A stretch of DNA of 64,000 bases from NCBI RefSeq assembly GCF_009914755.1, contig NC_060925.1. The stretch is one strand, 5' to 3'. This stretch comes from the human T2T-CHM13v2.0 reference genome, Homo sapiens. Shown piece after piece: positions 42,973 to 56,685 of the stretch (the stretch's first letter is position 1; each line of letters starts with the position of its first letter). The notes beneath the pieces were generated by a model. That model searched no databases. It saw only the letters and a list, made by a program, of their open reading frames with translations, and was not told the origin of the DNA. The position numbers were made by a program, and so were the translations under genes.

Positions 42973-45694
42973 ATGGAATCGTCATCGAATGAATTGAATG
43001 CAATCATCGAATGGTCTCGAATGGAATCATCTTCTAATGGAAAGGAATGGAATCATCGCATAGAATCGAATGGAATTATCATCGAATGGAATCGAATGGT
43101 ATCAACACCAAACAGAAAAAAACGGAATTATCGAATGGAATCGAAGAGAATCTTCGAACGGACCCGAATGGAATCATCTAATGGAATGGAATGGAATAAT
43201 CCATGGACTCGAATGCAATCATCATCGAATGGAATCGAATGGAATCATCGAATGGACTCGAATGGAATAATCACTGAACGGAATCGAATGGAATCATCAT
43301 CGGATGGAAACGAATGGAATCATCATCGAATGCAAATGAAAGGAGTCATCATCTAATGGAATTGCATGGAATCATCATAAAATGGAATCGAATGGAATCA
43401 ACATCAAATGGAATCAAATGGAATCATTGAACGGAATTGAATGGAATCGTCATCGAATGAATTGACTGCAATCATCGAATGGTCTCGAATGGAATCATCT
43501 TCAAATGGAATGGAATGGAATCATCGCATAGAATCGAATGGAATTATCATCGAATGGAATCGAATGGAATCAACATGAAACGGAAAAAAACGGAATTATT
43601 GAATGGAATCGAAGAGAATCATTGAATGGACCCGAATGGAATCATCTAATGGAATGGAATGGAATAATCCATGGACTCGAATGCAATCATCATCGAATGG
43701 AATCGAATGGAATCATCGAATGGACACGAATGGAATAATCATTGAACGGAATCGAATGGAATCATCATCGGATGGAAACGAATGGAATCATCATCGAATG
43801 GAAATGAAAGGAGTCATGTAATGGAATTGCATGGAATCATCATAAAATGGAATCGAATGGAATCAACATCAAATGGAATCAAATGGAATCATTGAACGGA
43901 ATTGAATGGAATCGTCATCGAATGAATTGAATGCAATCATCGAATGGTCTCGAATGGAATCATCTTCAAATGGAATGGAATGGAATCATCGCATAGAATC
44001 GAATGGAATTATCATCGAATGGAATTATCATCGAATGGAATCGAATGGAATCAACATCAAACGGAAAAAACCGGAATTATCGTATGGAATCGAAGAGAAT
44101 CATCGAATGGACCCGAATGGAATCATCTAATGGAATGGAATGGAATAATCCATGGACTCGAATGCAATCATCATCGTATAAAATCGAATGGAATCATCGA
44201 ATGGACTCGAATGGAATAATCATTGAACGGAATCGAATGGAATCATCATCGGATGGAAACGAATGGAATCATCATCGAATGGAAATGAAAGGAGTCATCA
44301 TCTAATGGAATTGCATGGAATCATCATAAAATGGAATCGAATGGAATCAACATCAAATGGAATCAAATGGAATCATTGAACGGAATTGAATGGAATCTTC
44401 ATCGAATGAATTGAATGCAATCATCGAATGGTCTCGAATGGAATCATCTTCAAATGGAATGGAATGGAATCATCGCATAGAATCGAATGGAATTATCATC
44501 GAATGGAATCGAATGGAATCAACATCAAACGGAAAAAAACGGAATTATCGAATGGAATCGAAGAGAATCATCGAATGGACCCGAATGGAATCATCTAATG
44601 GAATGGAATGGAATAATCCATGGACTCGAATGCAATCATCATCGAATGGAATCGAATGGAATCATCGAATGGACTCGAATGGAATAATCATTGAACGGAA
44701 TCGAATGGAATCATCATCGGATGGAAATGAATGGAATCATCATCGAATGGAATCGAATAGGATTATGGAATGAAATCCAGTGTGATCATCATCGAATGGA
44801 TCCGAATGGAATCATCATCCAACGGAAGCTAATGGAATCAACATCGAATGAATCAAATGGAAACACCATCGAATTGAAACGAATGCAATTATCATGAAAT
44901 TGAAATGGATGGACTCATCATCGAATGGATTCGAATGGAATCATCGAATAAAATTGATTGAAATCATCATCAAATTGAATCGAATGGTATCATTGAATGG
45001 AATCAAATGGAATCATCATCAGATGGAAAAGAATGGAATCGTCATAGAATGGAATCGAATGGATTCATTGAATGGAATCAGATGGAATCATCGAATGGAC
45101 TGGAATGGAATCATTGAATGGACTCGAAAGGGATCATGATTGAATGGAATTGAATGGAATCATCGAATGGTCTCGATTGGAATCATTATCAAATGGAATC
45201 GAATGGAATCACCGAATAGAATCGAATGGAACAATCATCGAATGGACTCAAATGGAATTATCCTCAAATGGAATCGAATGGAATTATCGAATGCAATCGA
45301 ATGGAATTATCGAATGCAATCGAATAGAATCATCGAATGGACTCGAATGGAATCATCGAATGGAATGGAATGGAACAGTCAATGAACTCGAATGGAATCA
45401 TCATTGAATGGAATCGAATGGAATCATCGAGTGGAATCGAATGGAATTATGATCAAATGGAATCGAATGTAATCATCAAATGGAATCAAAAATAACCATC
45501 ATCAATTGGTATTGAATGGAATTGTCATCAAATGGAATTCAAAGGAATCATCATCAAATGGAACCGAAAGGAATCCTCATTGAATGGAAATGAAAGGGGT
45601 CATCATCTAATGGAATCACATGGAATCATCATCAAATGGAATCGAATGGAATCATCATCAAATGGAATCTAATGGAATCATTGAACAGAATTGA
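42973..45694 (+). repeat. 2,722-bp unit with four ~468-bp subunits
   Basis: Subunit starts at 42973, 43441, 43906 and 44390; 3-bp deletions at ~43818 and ~45475; 16-bp duplication at ~44001-44032. Confidence 0.88.
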
Positions 45695-48600
45695 ATGGAA
45701 TCGTCATCGAATGAATTGAATACAATCATCGAATGGTATCGAATGGAATCATCTTCTAATGGAAAGGAATGGAATCATCGCATAGAATCGAATGGAATTA
45801 ACATTGAATGGACTCGAATGGAATCAACATCAAACGGAATCAAGCGGAATTATCGAATGTAATCGAAGAGAACCATCGAATGGACTCGAATGGAATCATC
45901 TAATGGAATGGAATGGAATAATCCACGGACTCGAATGCAATCATCATCGTATAGAATCGAATGGAATCATTGAATGGACTCGAATGGAATCATCATTGAA
46001 CAGAATCGAATGGAATCATCATCGGATGGAAACGAATGGAATTATCATCGAATGGAAATGAAAGGAGTCATCATCTAATGGAATCGCATGGAATCATCAT
46101 AAAATGGAATCGAATGGAATCAACATCAAATGGAATCAAATGGAATCATTGAACGGAATTGAATGGAATTGTCATCGAATGAATTGAATGCAATCATCGA
46201 ATGGTCTCGAATGAAATCATCTTCAAATGGAATGGAATGGAATCATCGCATAGAATCGAATGGAATTATCATCGAATGGAATCGAAAGGTATCAACATCA
46301 AACGGAAAAAAACGGAATTATCGAATGGAATCGAAGAGAATCATCGAACGGACCCGAATGGAATCATCTAATGGAAAGGAATGGAATAATCCATGGACTC
46401 GAATCCAATCATCATCGAATGGAATCGAATGGAATCATTGAAAGGACTCTAATGGAATAATCATTGAACGGAATCGAATGGAATCATCATCGAATGGAAA
46501 CTAATGGAATCATCATCGAATGGAAATGAAAGGAGTCATCTAATGGAATTGCACGGAATCAACATAAAATGGAATCGAATGGAATCAACATCAAATGGAA
46601 TGAAATGGAATCATTGAACGGAATTGAATGGAATCTTCATCGAATGAATTGAATGCAATCATCGAATGGTCTCGAATGGAATCATCTTCAAATGGAATGG
46701 AATGGAATCATCGCATAGAATCGAATGGAATTATCATCGAATGGAATCGAATGGAATCAACATCAAACGGAAAAAAACGGAATTATCGAATGGAATCGAA
46801 GAGAATCATCGAACGGACCCGAATGGAATCATCTAATGGAATGGAATGGAATAATCCATGGACTCGAATGCAATCATCATCGAATGGAATGGAATGGAAT
46901 CATCGAATGGACTCGAATGGAATAATCATTGAACGGAATCGAATGGAATCATCATCGGATGGAAATGAATGGAATCATCATCGAATGGAATCGAATAGAA
47001 TTATGGAATGAAATCCAGTGTGATCATCATCGAATGGACCCGAATGGAATCATCATCCAACGGAAGCTAATGGAATCAACATCGAATGAATCGAATGGAA
47101 ACACCATCGAATTGAAACGAATGGAATTATCATGAAATTGAAATGGATGGACTCATCATCGAATGGATTCGAATGGAATCATCGAATAAAATTGATTGAA
47201 ATCATCATCCAATGGAATCGAATGGTATCATTGAATGGAATCGAATGGAATCATCATCAGATGGAAAAGAATGGAACCGTCATAGAATGGAATCGAATGG
47301 ATTCATTGAATGGAATCAGATGGAATCATCGAATGGACTGGAATGGAATCATTGAATGGACTCGAAAGGGATCATGATTGAATGGAATTGAACGGAATCA
47401 TCGAATGGTCTCGATTGGAATCATTATCAAATGGAATCGAATGGAATCACCGAATAGAATCGAATGGAACAATCATCGAATGGACTCAAATGGAATTATC
47501 CTCAAATGGAATCGAATGGAATTATCGAATGCAATCGAATGGAATTATCGAATGCAATCGAATAGAATCATCGAATGGACTCGAATGGAATCATCGAATG
47601 GAATGGAATGGAACAGTCAATGAACTCGAATGGAATCATCATTGAATGGAATCGAATGGAATCATCGAGTGGAATCGAATGGAATTATGATCAAATGGAA
47701 TCGAATGTAATCATCATCAAATGGAATCAAAAATAACCATCATCAATTGGTATTGAATGGAATTGTCATCAAATGGAATTCAAAGGAATCATCATCAAAT
47801 GGAACCGAATGGAATCCTCATTGAATGGAAATGAAAGGGGTCATCATCTAATGGAATCGCATGGAATCATCATCAAATGGAATCGAATGGAATCATCATC
47901 AAATGGAATCTAATGGAATCATTGAACAGAATTGAATGGAATCGTCATCGAATGAATTGAATACAATCATCGAATGGTCTCGAATGCAATCATCTTCTAA
48001 TGGAAAGGAATGGAACCATCGCATAGAATCGAATGGAATTAACATTGAATGGACTCGAATGGAATCAACATCAAACGGAATCAAGCGGAATTATCGAACG
48101 TAATCGAAGAGAACCATCGAATGGACTCGAATGGAATCATCTAATGGAATGGAATGGAATAATCCACGGACTCGAATGCAATCATCATCGTATAGAATCG
48201 AATGGAATCATTGAATGGACTCGAATGGAATAATCATTGAACGGAATCGAATGGAATCATCATCGGATGGAAACGAATGGAATTATCATCCAATTTAAAT
48301 GAAAGGAGTCATCATCTAATGGAATCGCATGGAATCATCATAAAATGGAATCGAATGGAATCAACATCAAATGGAATCAAATGGAATCATTGAACGGAAT
48401 TGAATGGAATCGTCATCGAATGAATTGAATGCAATCATCGAATGGTCTCGAATGGAATCATCTTCAAATGGAATGGAATGGAATCATCGCATAGAATCGA
48501 ATGGAATTATCATCGAATGGAATCGAAAGGTATCAACATCAAACGGAAAAAAACGGAATTATCGAATGGAATCGAAGAGAATCATCGAACGGACTCGAAT

Positions 48601-51600
48601 GGAATCATCTAATGGAAAGGAATGGAATAATCCATGGACTCGAATCCAATCATCATCGAATGGAATCGAATGGAATCATTGAAAGGACTCTAATGGAATA
48701 ATCATTGAAGGGAATCGAATGGAATCATCATCGAATGGAAACTAATGGAATCATCATCGAATGGAAATGAAAGGAGTCATCATCTAATGGAATTGCATGG
48801 AATCATCATAAAATGGAATCGAATGGAATCAACATCAAATGGAATGAAACGGAATCATTGAACGGAATTGAATGGAATCTTCATTGAATGAATTGAATGC
48901 AATCATCGAATGGTCTCGAATGGAATCATCTTCAAATGGAATGGAATGTAATCATCACATAGAATCGAATGGAATTATCATCAAATGGTATCAACATCAA
49001 ACGGAAAAAAACGGAATTATCGAATGGAATCGAAGAGAATCATCGAACGGACCCGAATGGAATCATCTAATGGAATGGAATGGAATAATCCATGGACTCG
49101 AATGCAATCATCATCGAATGGAATCGAGTGGAATCATCGAATGGACTCGAATGGAATAATCATTGAACGGAATCGAATGGAATCATCATCGGATGGAAAT
49201 GAATGGAATCATCATCGAATGGAATCGAATAGAATTATGGAATGAAATCCAGTGTGATCATCATCGAATGGACCCGAATGGAATCATCATCCAACGGAAG
49301 CTAATGGAATCAACATCGAATGAATCGAATGGAAACACCATCGAATTGAAACGAATGGAATTATCATGAAATTGAAATGGATGGACTCATCATCGAATGG
49401 ATTCGAATGGAATCATCGAATAAAATTGATTGAAATCATCATCAAATTGAATCGAATGGTATCATTGAATGGAATCGAATGGAATCATCATCAGATGGAA
49501 ATGAATGGAATCGTCATAGAATGGAATCGAATGGATTCATTGAATGGAATCAGATGGAATCATCGAATGGACTGGAATGGAATCATTGAATGGACTCGAA
49601 AGGGATCATTATTGAATGGAATTCAATGGAATCATCGAATGGTCTCGATGGGAATCATTACCAAATGGAATCGAATGGAATCACCGAAAAGAATCGAATG
49701 GAACAATCATCGAATGGAGTCAAATGGAATTAACCTAAAATGGAATCGAATGGAATTATCGAATGCACTCGAATGGAATTATCAAATGCATTCGAATAGA
49801 ATCATCGAATGGACTCGAATGGAATCATCGAATGGAATGGAATGGAACAGTCAATGAACTCGAATGGTATCATCATTGAATGGAATCGAATGGAATTATG
49901 ATCAAATGGAATCGAATGTAATCATCAACAAATGGAATCAAAAATAACCATCATCAATTGGTATTGAATGGAATTGTCATCAAATGGAATTCAAAGGAAT
50001 CATCATCAAATGGAACCGAATGCAATCCTCATTGAATGGAAATGAAAGGGGTCATCATCTAATGGAATCGCATGGAATCATCATCCAATGGAATCGAATG
50101 GAATCATCATCAAATGGAATCTAATGGAATCATTGAACAGAATTTAATGGAATCGTCATCGAATGAATTGAATGCAATCATCGTATGGTCTCGAATGGAA
50201 TCATCTTCTAATGGAAAGGAATGGAATCATCGCATAGAATCGAATGGAATTAACATTGAATGGACTCGAATGGAATCAACATCAAACGGAATCAAGCGGA
50301 ATTATCGAATGGAATCGAAGAGAACCATCGAATGGACTCGAATGGAATCATCTAATGGAATGGAATGGAATAATCCACGGACTCGAATGCAATCATCATC
50401 GTATAGAATCGAATGGAATCATCGAATGGACTCGAATGGAATAATCATTGAACGGAAACGAATGGAATCATCATCGGATGGAAACGAATGGAATCATCAT
50501 CGAATGGAAATGAAAGGAGCCATCATCTAATGGAATTGCATGGAATCATCATAAAATGGAATCGAATGGAATCAATATCAAATGGAATCAAATGGAATCA
50601 TTGAACGGAATTGAATGGAATCGTCATCGAATGAATTGAATGCAATCATCGAATGGTCTCGAATGGAATCATCTTCAAATGGAATGGAATGGAATCATCG
50701 CATAGAATCGAATGGAATTATCATCGAATGGAATCGAATGGAATCAACATCAAACGGAAAAAAACGGAATTATCGAATGGAATCGAAGAGAATCATCGAA
50801 TGGACCCGAATGGAATCATCTAATGGAATGGAATGGAATAATCCATGGACTCGAATGCAATCATCATCGAATGGAATCGAATGGAATCATCGAATGGACT
50901 CGAATGGAATAATCATTGAACGTAATCGAATGGAATCATCATCGGATGGAAATGAATGGAATCATCATCGAATGGAATCGAATAGAATTATGGAATGAAA
51001 TCCAGTGTGATCATCATCGAATGGACCCGAATGGAATCATCATCCAACGGAAGCTAATGGAATCAACATCGAATGAATCGAATGGAAACACCATCGAATT
51101 GAAACGAATGGAATTATCATGAAATTGAAATGGATGGACTCATCATCGAATGGATTCGAATGGAATCATCGAATAAAATTGATTGAAATCATCATCAAAT
51201 GGAATCGAATGGTATCATTGAATGGAATCGAATGGAATCATCATCAGATGGAAATGAATGGAATCATCATAGAATGGAATCGATTGGATTCATTGAATGG
51301 AATCAGATGGAATCATCGAATGGACTGGAATGGAATCATTGAATGGACTCGAAAGGGATCATTATTGAATGGAATTGAATGGAATCATCGAACGGAGTCG
51401 ATTGGAATCATTATCAAATGGAATCGAATGGAATCACCGAATAGAATCGAATGGAACAATCATCGAATGGACTCAAATGGAATTACCCTCAAATGGAATC
51501 GAATGGAATTATCGAATGCACTCGAATGGAATTATCAAATGCATTCGAATAGAATCATCGAATGGACTCGAATGGAATCATCGAATGGAATGGAATGGAA

Positions 51601-53706
51601 CAGTGAATGAACTCGAATGGAATCATCATTGAATGGAATCGAATGGAATCATCGAGTGGAATCGAATGGAATTATGATCAAATGGAATCGAATGTAATCA
51701 TCAACAAATGGAATCAAAAATAACCATCATCAATTGGTATTGAATGGAATTGTCATCAAATGGAATTCAAAGGAATCATCATCAAATGGAACCGAATGCA
51801 ATCCTCATTGAATGGAAATGGAAGGGGTCATCATCTAATGGAATCGCATGGAATCATCATCCAATGGAATCGAATGGAATCATCATGAAATGGAATCTAA
51901 TGGAATCATTGAACAGAATTGAATGGAATCGTCATCGAATGAATTGAATGCAATCATCGAATGGTCTCGAATGGAATCATCTTCTAATGGAAAGGAATGG
52001 AATCATCGCATAGAATCGAATGGAATTAACATTGAATGGACTCGAATGGAATCAACATCAAACGGAATCAAGTGGAATTATCGAATGTAATCGAAGAGAA
52101 TCATCGAATGTACTCGAATGGAATCTTCTAATGGAATGGATTGGAATAATCCACGGACTCGAATGCAATCATCATCGTATAGAATCGAATGGAATCATTG
52201 AATGGACTCAATTGGAATAATCATTGAACTTAATCGAATGGAATCATCATCGAATGGAAACGAATGGAATCATCATCGAATGGAAATGAAAGGAGTCATC
52301 ATCTAATGGAATTGCATGGAATCATCATAAAATGGATTCGAATGGAATCAACATCAAATGGAATCAAATGGAATCATTGAACGGAATTGAATGGAATCGT
52401 CATCGAATGAATTGAATGCAATCATCGAATGGTCTCGAATGGAATCATCTTCAAATGGAATGGAATGGAATCATCTTCAAATGGAATGGAATGGAATCAT
52501 CTTCAAATGGAATGGAATGGAATCATCGCATAGAATCGAATGGAATTATCATCGAATGGAATCGAATGGTATCAACATCAAACGGAAAAAAACGGAATTA
52601 TCGAATGGAATCGAAGAGAATCATCGAATGGACCCGAATGGAATCATCTAATGGAATGGAATGGAATAATCCAGGGACTCGAATGCAATCATCATCGAAT
52701 GGAATCGAATGGAATCATCGAATGGACTCGAATGGAATAATCATTGAACGGAATCGAATGGAATCATCATCGGATGGAAACGAATGGAATCATCATCGAA
52801 TGGAAATGAAAGGAGACATGTAATGGAATTGCATGGAATCATCATAAAATGGAATCGAATGGAATCAACATCAAATGGAATCCAATGGAATCATTGAACG
52901 GAATTGAATGGAATCGTCATCGAATCAATTGAATGCAATCATCGAATGGTCTCGAATGGAATCATGTTCAAATGGAATGGAATGGAATCATCGCATAGAA
53001 TCGAATGGAATTATCATCGAATGGAATCGAATGAAATCAAAAACAAACGGAAATAAAAGGACTTATCGAATGGAATCGAAGAGAATCATCGAATGGACCC
53101 GAATGGAATCATCTAATGGAATGGAATGGAATAATCCATGGACTCGAATGCAATCATCATCGAATGGAATCGAATGGAATCATCGAATGGACTCGAATGG
53201 AATAATCATCGAACGGAATCGAATGGAATCATCATCGGATGGAAATGAATGGAATCATCATCGAATGGAATCGAATAGAATTATGGAATGAAATCCAGTG
53301 TGATCATCATCGAATGGACCCGAATGGAATCATCATCCAACGGAAGCTAATGGAATCAACATCGAATGAATCGAATGGAAACACCATCGAATTGAAACGA
53401 ATGGAATTATCATGAAATTGAAATGGATGGACTCATCATCGAATGGATTCGAATGGAATCATCGAATAAAATTGATTGAAATCATCATCAAATGGAATCA
53501 AAAATAACCATCATCAATTGGTAATGAAAGGAATTGTCATCAAATGGAATTCAAAGGAATCATCATCAAATGGAACCGAATGGAATCCTCATTGAATGGA
53601 AATGAAAGGGGTCATCATCTAATGGAATCGCATGGAATCATCATCTAATGGAATCGAATGGAATCATCATCAAATGGAATCTAATGGAATCATTGAACAG
53701 AATTGA
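45695..53706 (+). repeat. Divergent HSat2 sub-domain: four units (2,241, 2,211, 1,776, 1,784 bp) carrying a variant A' subunit
   Basis: A' signature gaattaacattgaatggactcg...aaacggaatcaagYggaatt...ccacggactc...atcgtatagaatc occurs at ~45795, 48036, 50247 and 52023 and nowhere else in the window. Confidence 0.9.
52441..52518 (+). repeat. Perfect 26-bp x3 tandem (GGAATCATCTTCAAATGGAATGGAAT)
   Basis: Three exact consecutive copies; the motif is single-copy in all other B-type subunits. Confidence 0.93.
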
Positions 53707-54909
53707 ATGGAATCGTCATCGAATGAATTGAATGCAATCATCGAATGGTCTCGAATGGAATCATCTTCTAATGGAAAGAATGGAATCATCGCATAGAATC
53801 GAATGGAATTATCATCGAATGGAATCGAATGGTATCAACACCAAACGGAAAAAAACGGAATTATCGAATGGAATCGAAGAGAATCTTCGAACGGACCCGA
53901 ATGGAATCATCTAATGGAATGGAATGGAATAATCCATGGACTCGAATGCAATCATCATCGAATGGAATCGAATGGAATCATCGAATGAACTCGAATGGAA
54001 TAATCATTGAACGGAATCGAATGGAATCATCATCGGATGGAAACGAATGGAATCATCATCGAATGGAAATGAAAGGAGTCATCATCTAATGGAATTGCAT
54101 GGAATCATCATAAAATGGAATCGAATGGAATCAACATCAAATGGAATCAAATGGAATCATTGAACGGAATTGAATGGAATCGTCATCGAATGAATTGACT
54201 GCAATCATCGAATGGTCTCGAATGGAATCATCTTCAAATGGAATGGAATGGAATCATCGCATAGAATCGAATGGAATTATCATCGAATGGAATCGAATGG
54301 AATCAACATCAAACGGAAAAAAAGGAATTATCGAATGGAATCGAAGAGAATCATCGAATGGACCCGAATGGAATCATCTAATGGAATGGAATGGAATAAT
54401 CCATGGACTCGAATGCAATCATCATCGAATGGAATCGAATGGAATCAACATCAAACGGAAAAAAAGGAATTATCGAATGGAATCGAAGAGAATCATCGAA
54501 TGGACCCGAATGGAATCATCTAATGGAATGGAATGGAATAATCCATGGACTCGAATGCAATCATCATCGAATGGAATCGAATGGAATCATCGAATGAACT
54601 CGAATGGAATCATCATTGAATGGAATCGAATGGAATCATCGAGTGGAATCGAATGGAATTATGATCAAATGGAATCGAATGTAATCATCATCAAATGGAA
54701 TCAAAAATAACCATCATCAATTGGTATTGAATGGAATTGTCATCAAATGGAATTCAAAGGAATCATCATCAAATGGAACCGAATGGAATCCTCATTGAAT
54801 GGAAATGAAAGGGGTCATCATCTAATGGAATCGCATGGAATCATCATCAAATGGAATCGAATGGAATCATCATCAAATGGAATCTAATGGAATCATTGAA
54901 CAGAATTGA
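53707..54909 (+). repeat. 1,203-bp short-type unit with an internal 142-bp tandem duplication
   Basis: aatcaacatcaaacggaaaaaaaggaatt at 54301 and again at 54443; 713-bp deletion junction at ~54593. Confidence 0.9.
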
Positions 54910-56685
54910 ATGGAATCGTCATCGAATGAATTGAATGCAATCATCGAATGGTCTCGAATGGAATCATCTTCTAATGGAAAGGAATGGAATCATCGCATAG
55001 AATCGAATGGAATTATCATCGAATGGAATCGAATGGTATCAACACCAAACGGAAAAAAACGGAATTATCGAATGGAATCGAAGAGAATCTTCGAACGGAC
55101 CCGAATGGAATCATCTAATGGAATGGAATGGAATAATCCATGGACTCGAATGCAATCATCATCGAATGGAATCGAATGGAATCATCGAATGGACTCGAAT
55201 GGAATAATCATTGAACGGAATCGAATGGAATCATCATCGGATGGAAACGAATGGAATCATCATCGAATGGAAATGAAAGGAGTCATCATCTAATGGAATT
55301 GCATGGAATCATCATAAAATGGAATCGAATGGAATCAACATCAAATGGAATAAAATGGAATCATTGAACGGAATTGAATGGAATCGTCATCGAATGAATT
55401 GACTGCAATCATCGAATGGTCTCGAATGGAATCATCTTCAAATGGAATGGAATGGAATCATCGCATAGAATCGAATGGAATTATCATCGAATGGAATCGA
55501 ATGGAATCAACATCAAACGGAAAAAAACGGAATTATCGAATGGAATCGAAGAGAATCATCGAATGGACCCGAATGGAATCATCTAATGGAATGGAATGGA
55601 ATAATCCATGGACTCGAATGCAATCATCATCGAATGGAATCGAATGGAATCATCGAATGGACTCGAATGGAATAATCATTGAATGGAATCGAATGGAATC
55701 ATCATCGGATGGAAATGAATGGAATCATCATCGAATGGAATCGAATAGAATTATGGAATGAAATCCAGTGTGATCATCATCGAATGGACCCGAATGGAAT
55801 CATCATCCAACGGAAGCTAATGGAATCAACATCGAATGAATCGAATGGAAACACCATCGAATTGAAACGAATGGAATTATCATGAAATTGAAATGGATGG
55901 ACTCATCATCGAATGGATTCGAATGGAATCATCGAATAAAATTGATTGAAATCATCATCGAATGGAATCGAATGGTATCATTGAATGGAATCGAATGGAA
56001 TCATCATCAGATGGAAATGAATGGAATCGTCATAGAATGGAATCGAATGGATTAATTGAATGGAATCAGATGGAATCATCGAATGGACTGGAATGGAATC
56101 ATTGAATGGACTCGAAAGGGATCATGATTGAATGGAATTGAATGGAATCATCGAATGGTCTCGATTGGAATCATTATCAAATGGAATCGAATGGAATCAC
56201 CGAATAGAATCGAATGGAACAATCATCGAATGGACTCAAATGGAATTATCCTCAAATGGAATCGAATGGAATTATCGAATGCAATCGAATGGAATTATCG
56301 AATGCAATCGAATAGAATCATCGAATGGACTCGAATGGAATCATCGAATGGAATGGAATGGAACAGTCAATGAACTCGAATGGAATCATCATTGAATGGA
56401 ATCGAATGGAATCATCGAGTGGAATCGAATGGAATTATGATCAAATGGAATCGAATGTAATCATCATCAAATGGAATCAAAAATAACCATCATCAATTGG
56501 TATTGAATGGAATTGTCATCAAATGGAATTCAAAGGAATCATCATCAAATGGAACCGAATGGAATCCTCATTGAATGGAAATGAAAGGGGTCATCATCTA
56601 ATGGAATCGCATGGAATCATCATCTAATGGAATCGAATGGAATCATCATCAAATGGAATCTAATGGAATCATTGAACAGAATTGA

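Noticed and set aside
47899-48084. Only minus-strand ORF (61 aa)
   Set aside because: Chance open frame on the CATTC strand created by local substitutions; no inversion or insertion is present.
45695-53706. Mobile-element insertion as the cause of the divergent region
   Set aside because: No Alu, L1 or LTR sequence, poly(A) tail or target-site duplication; the region aligns colinearly with HSat2 subunits.
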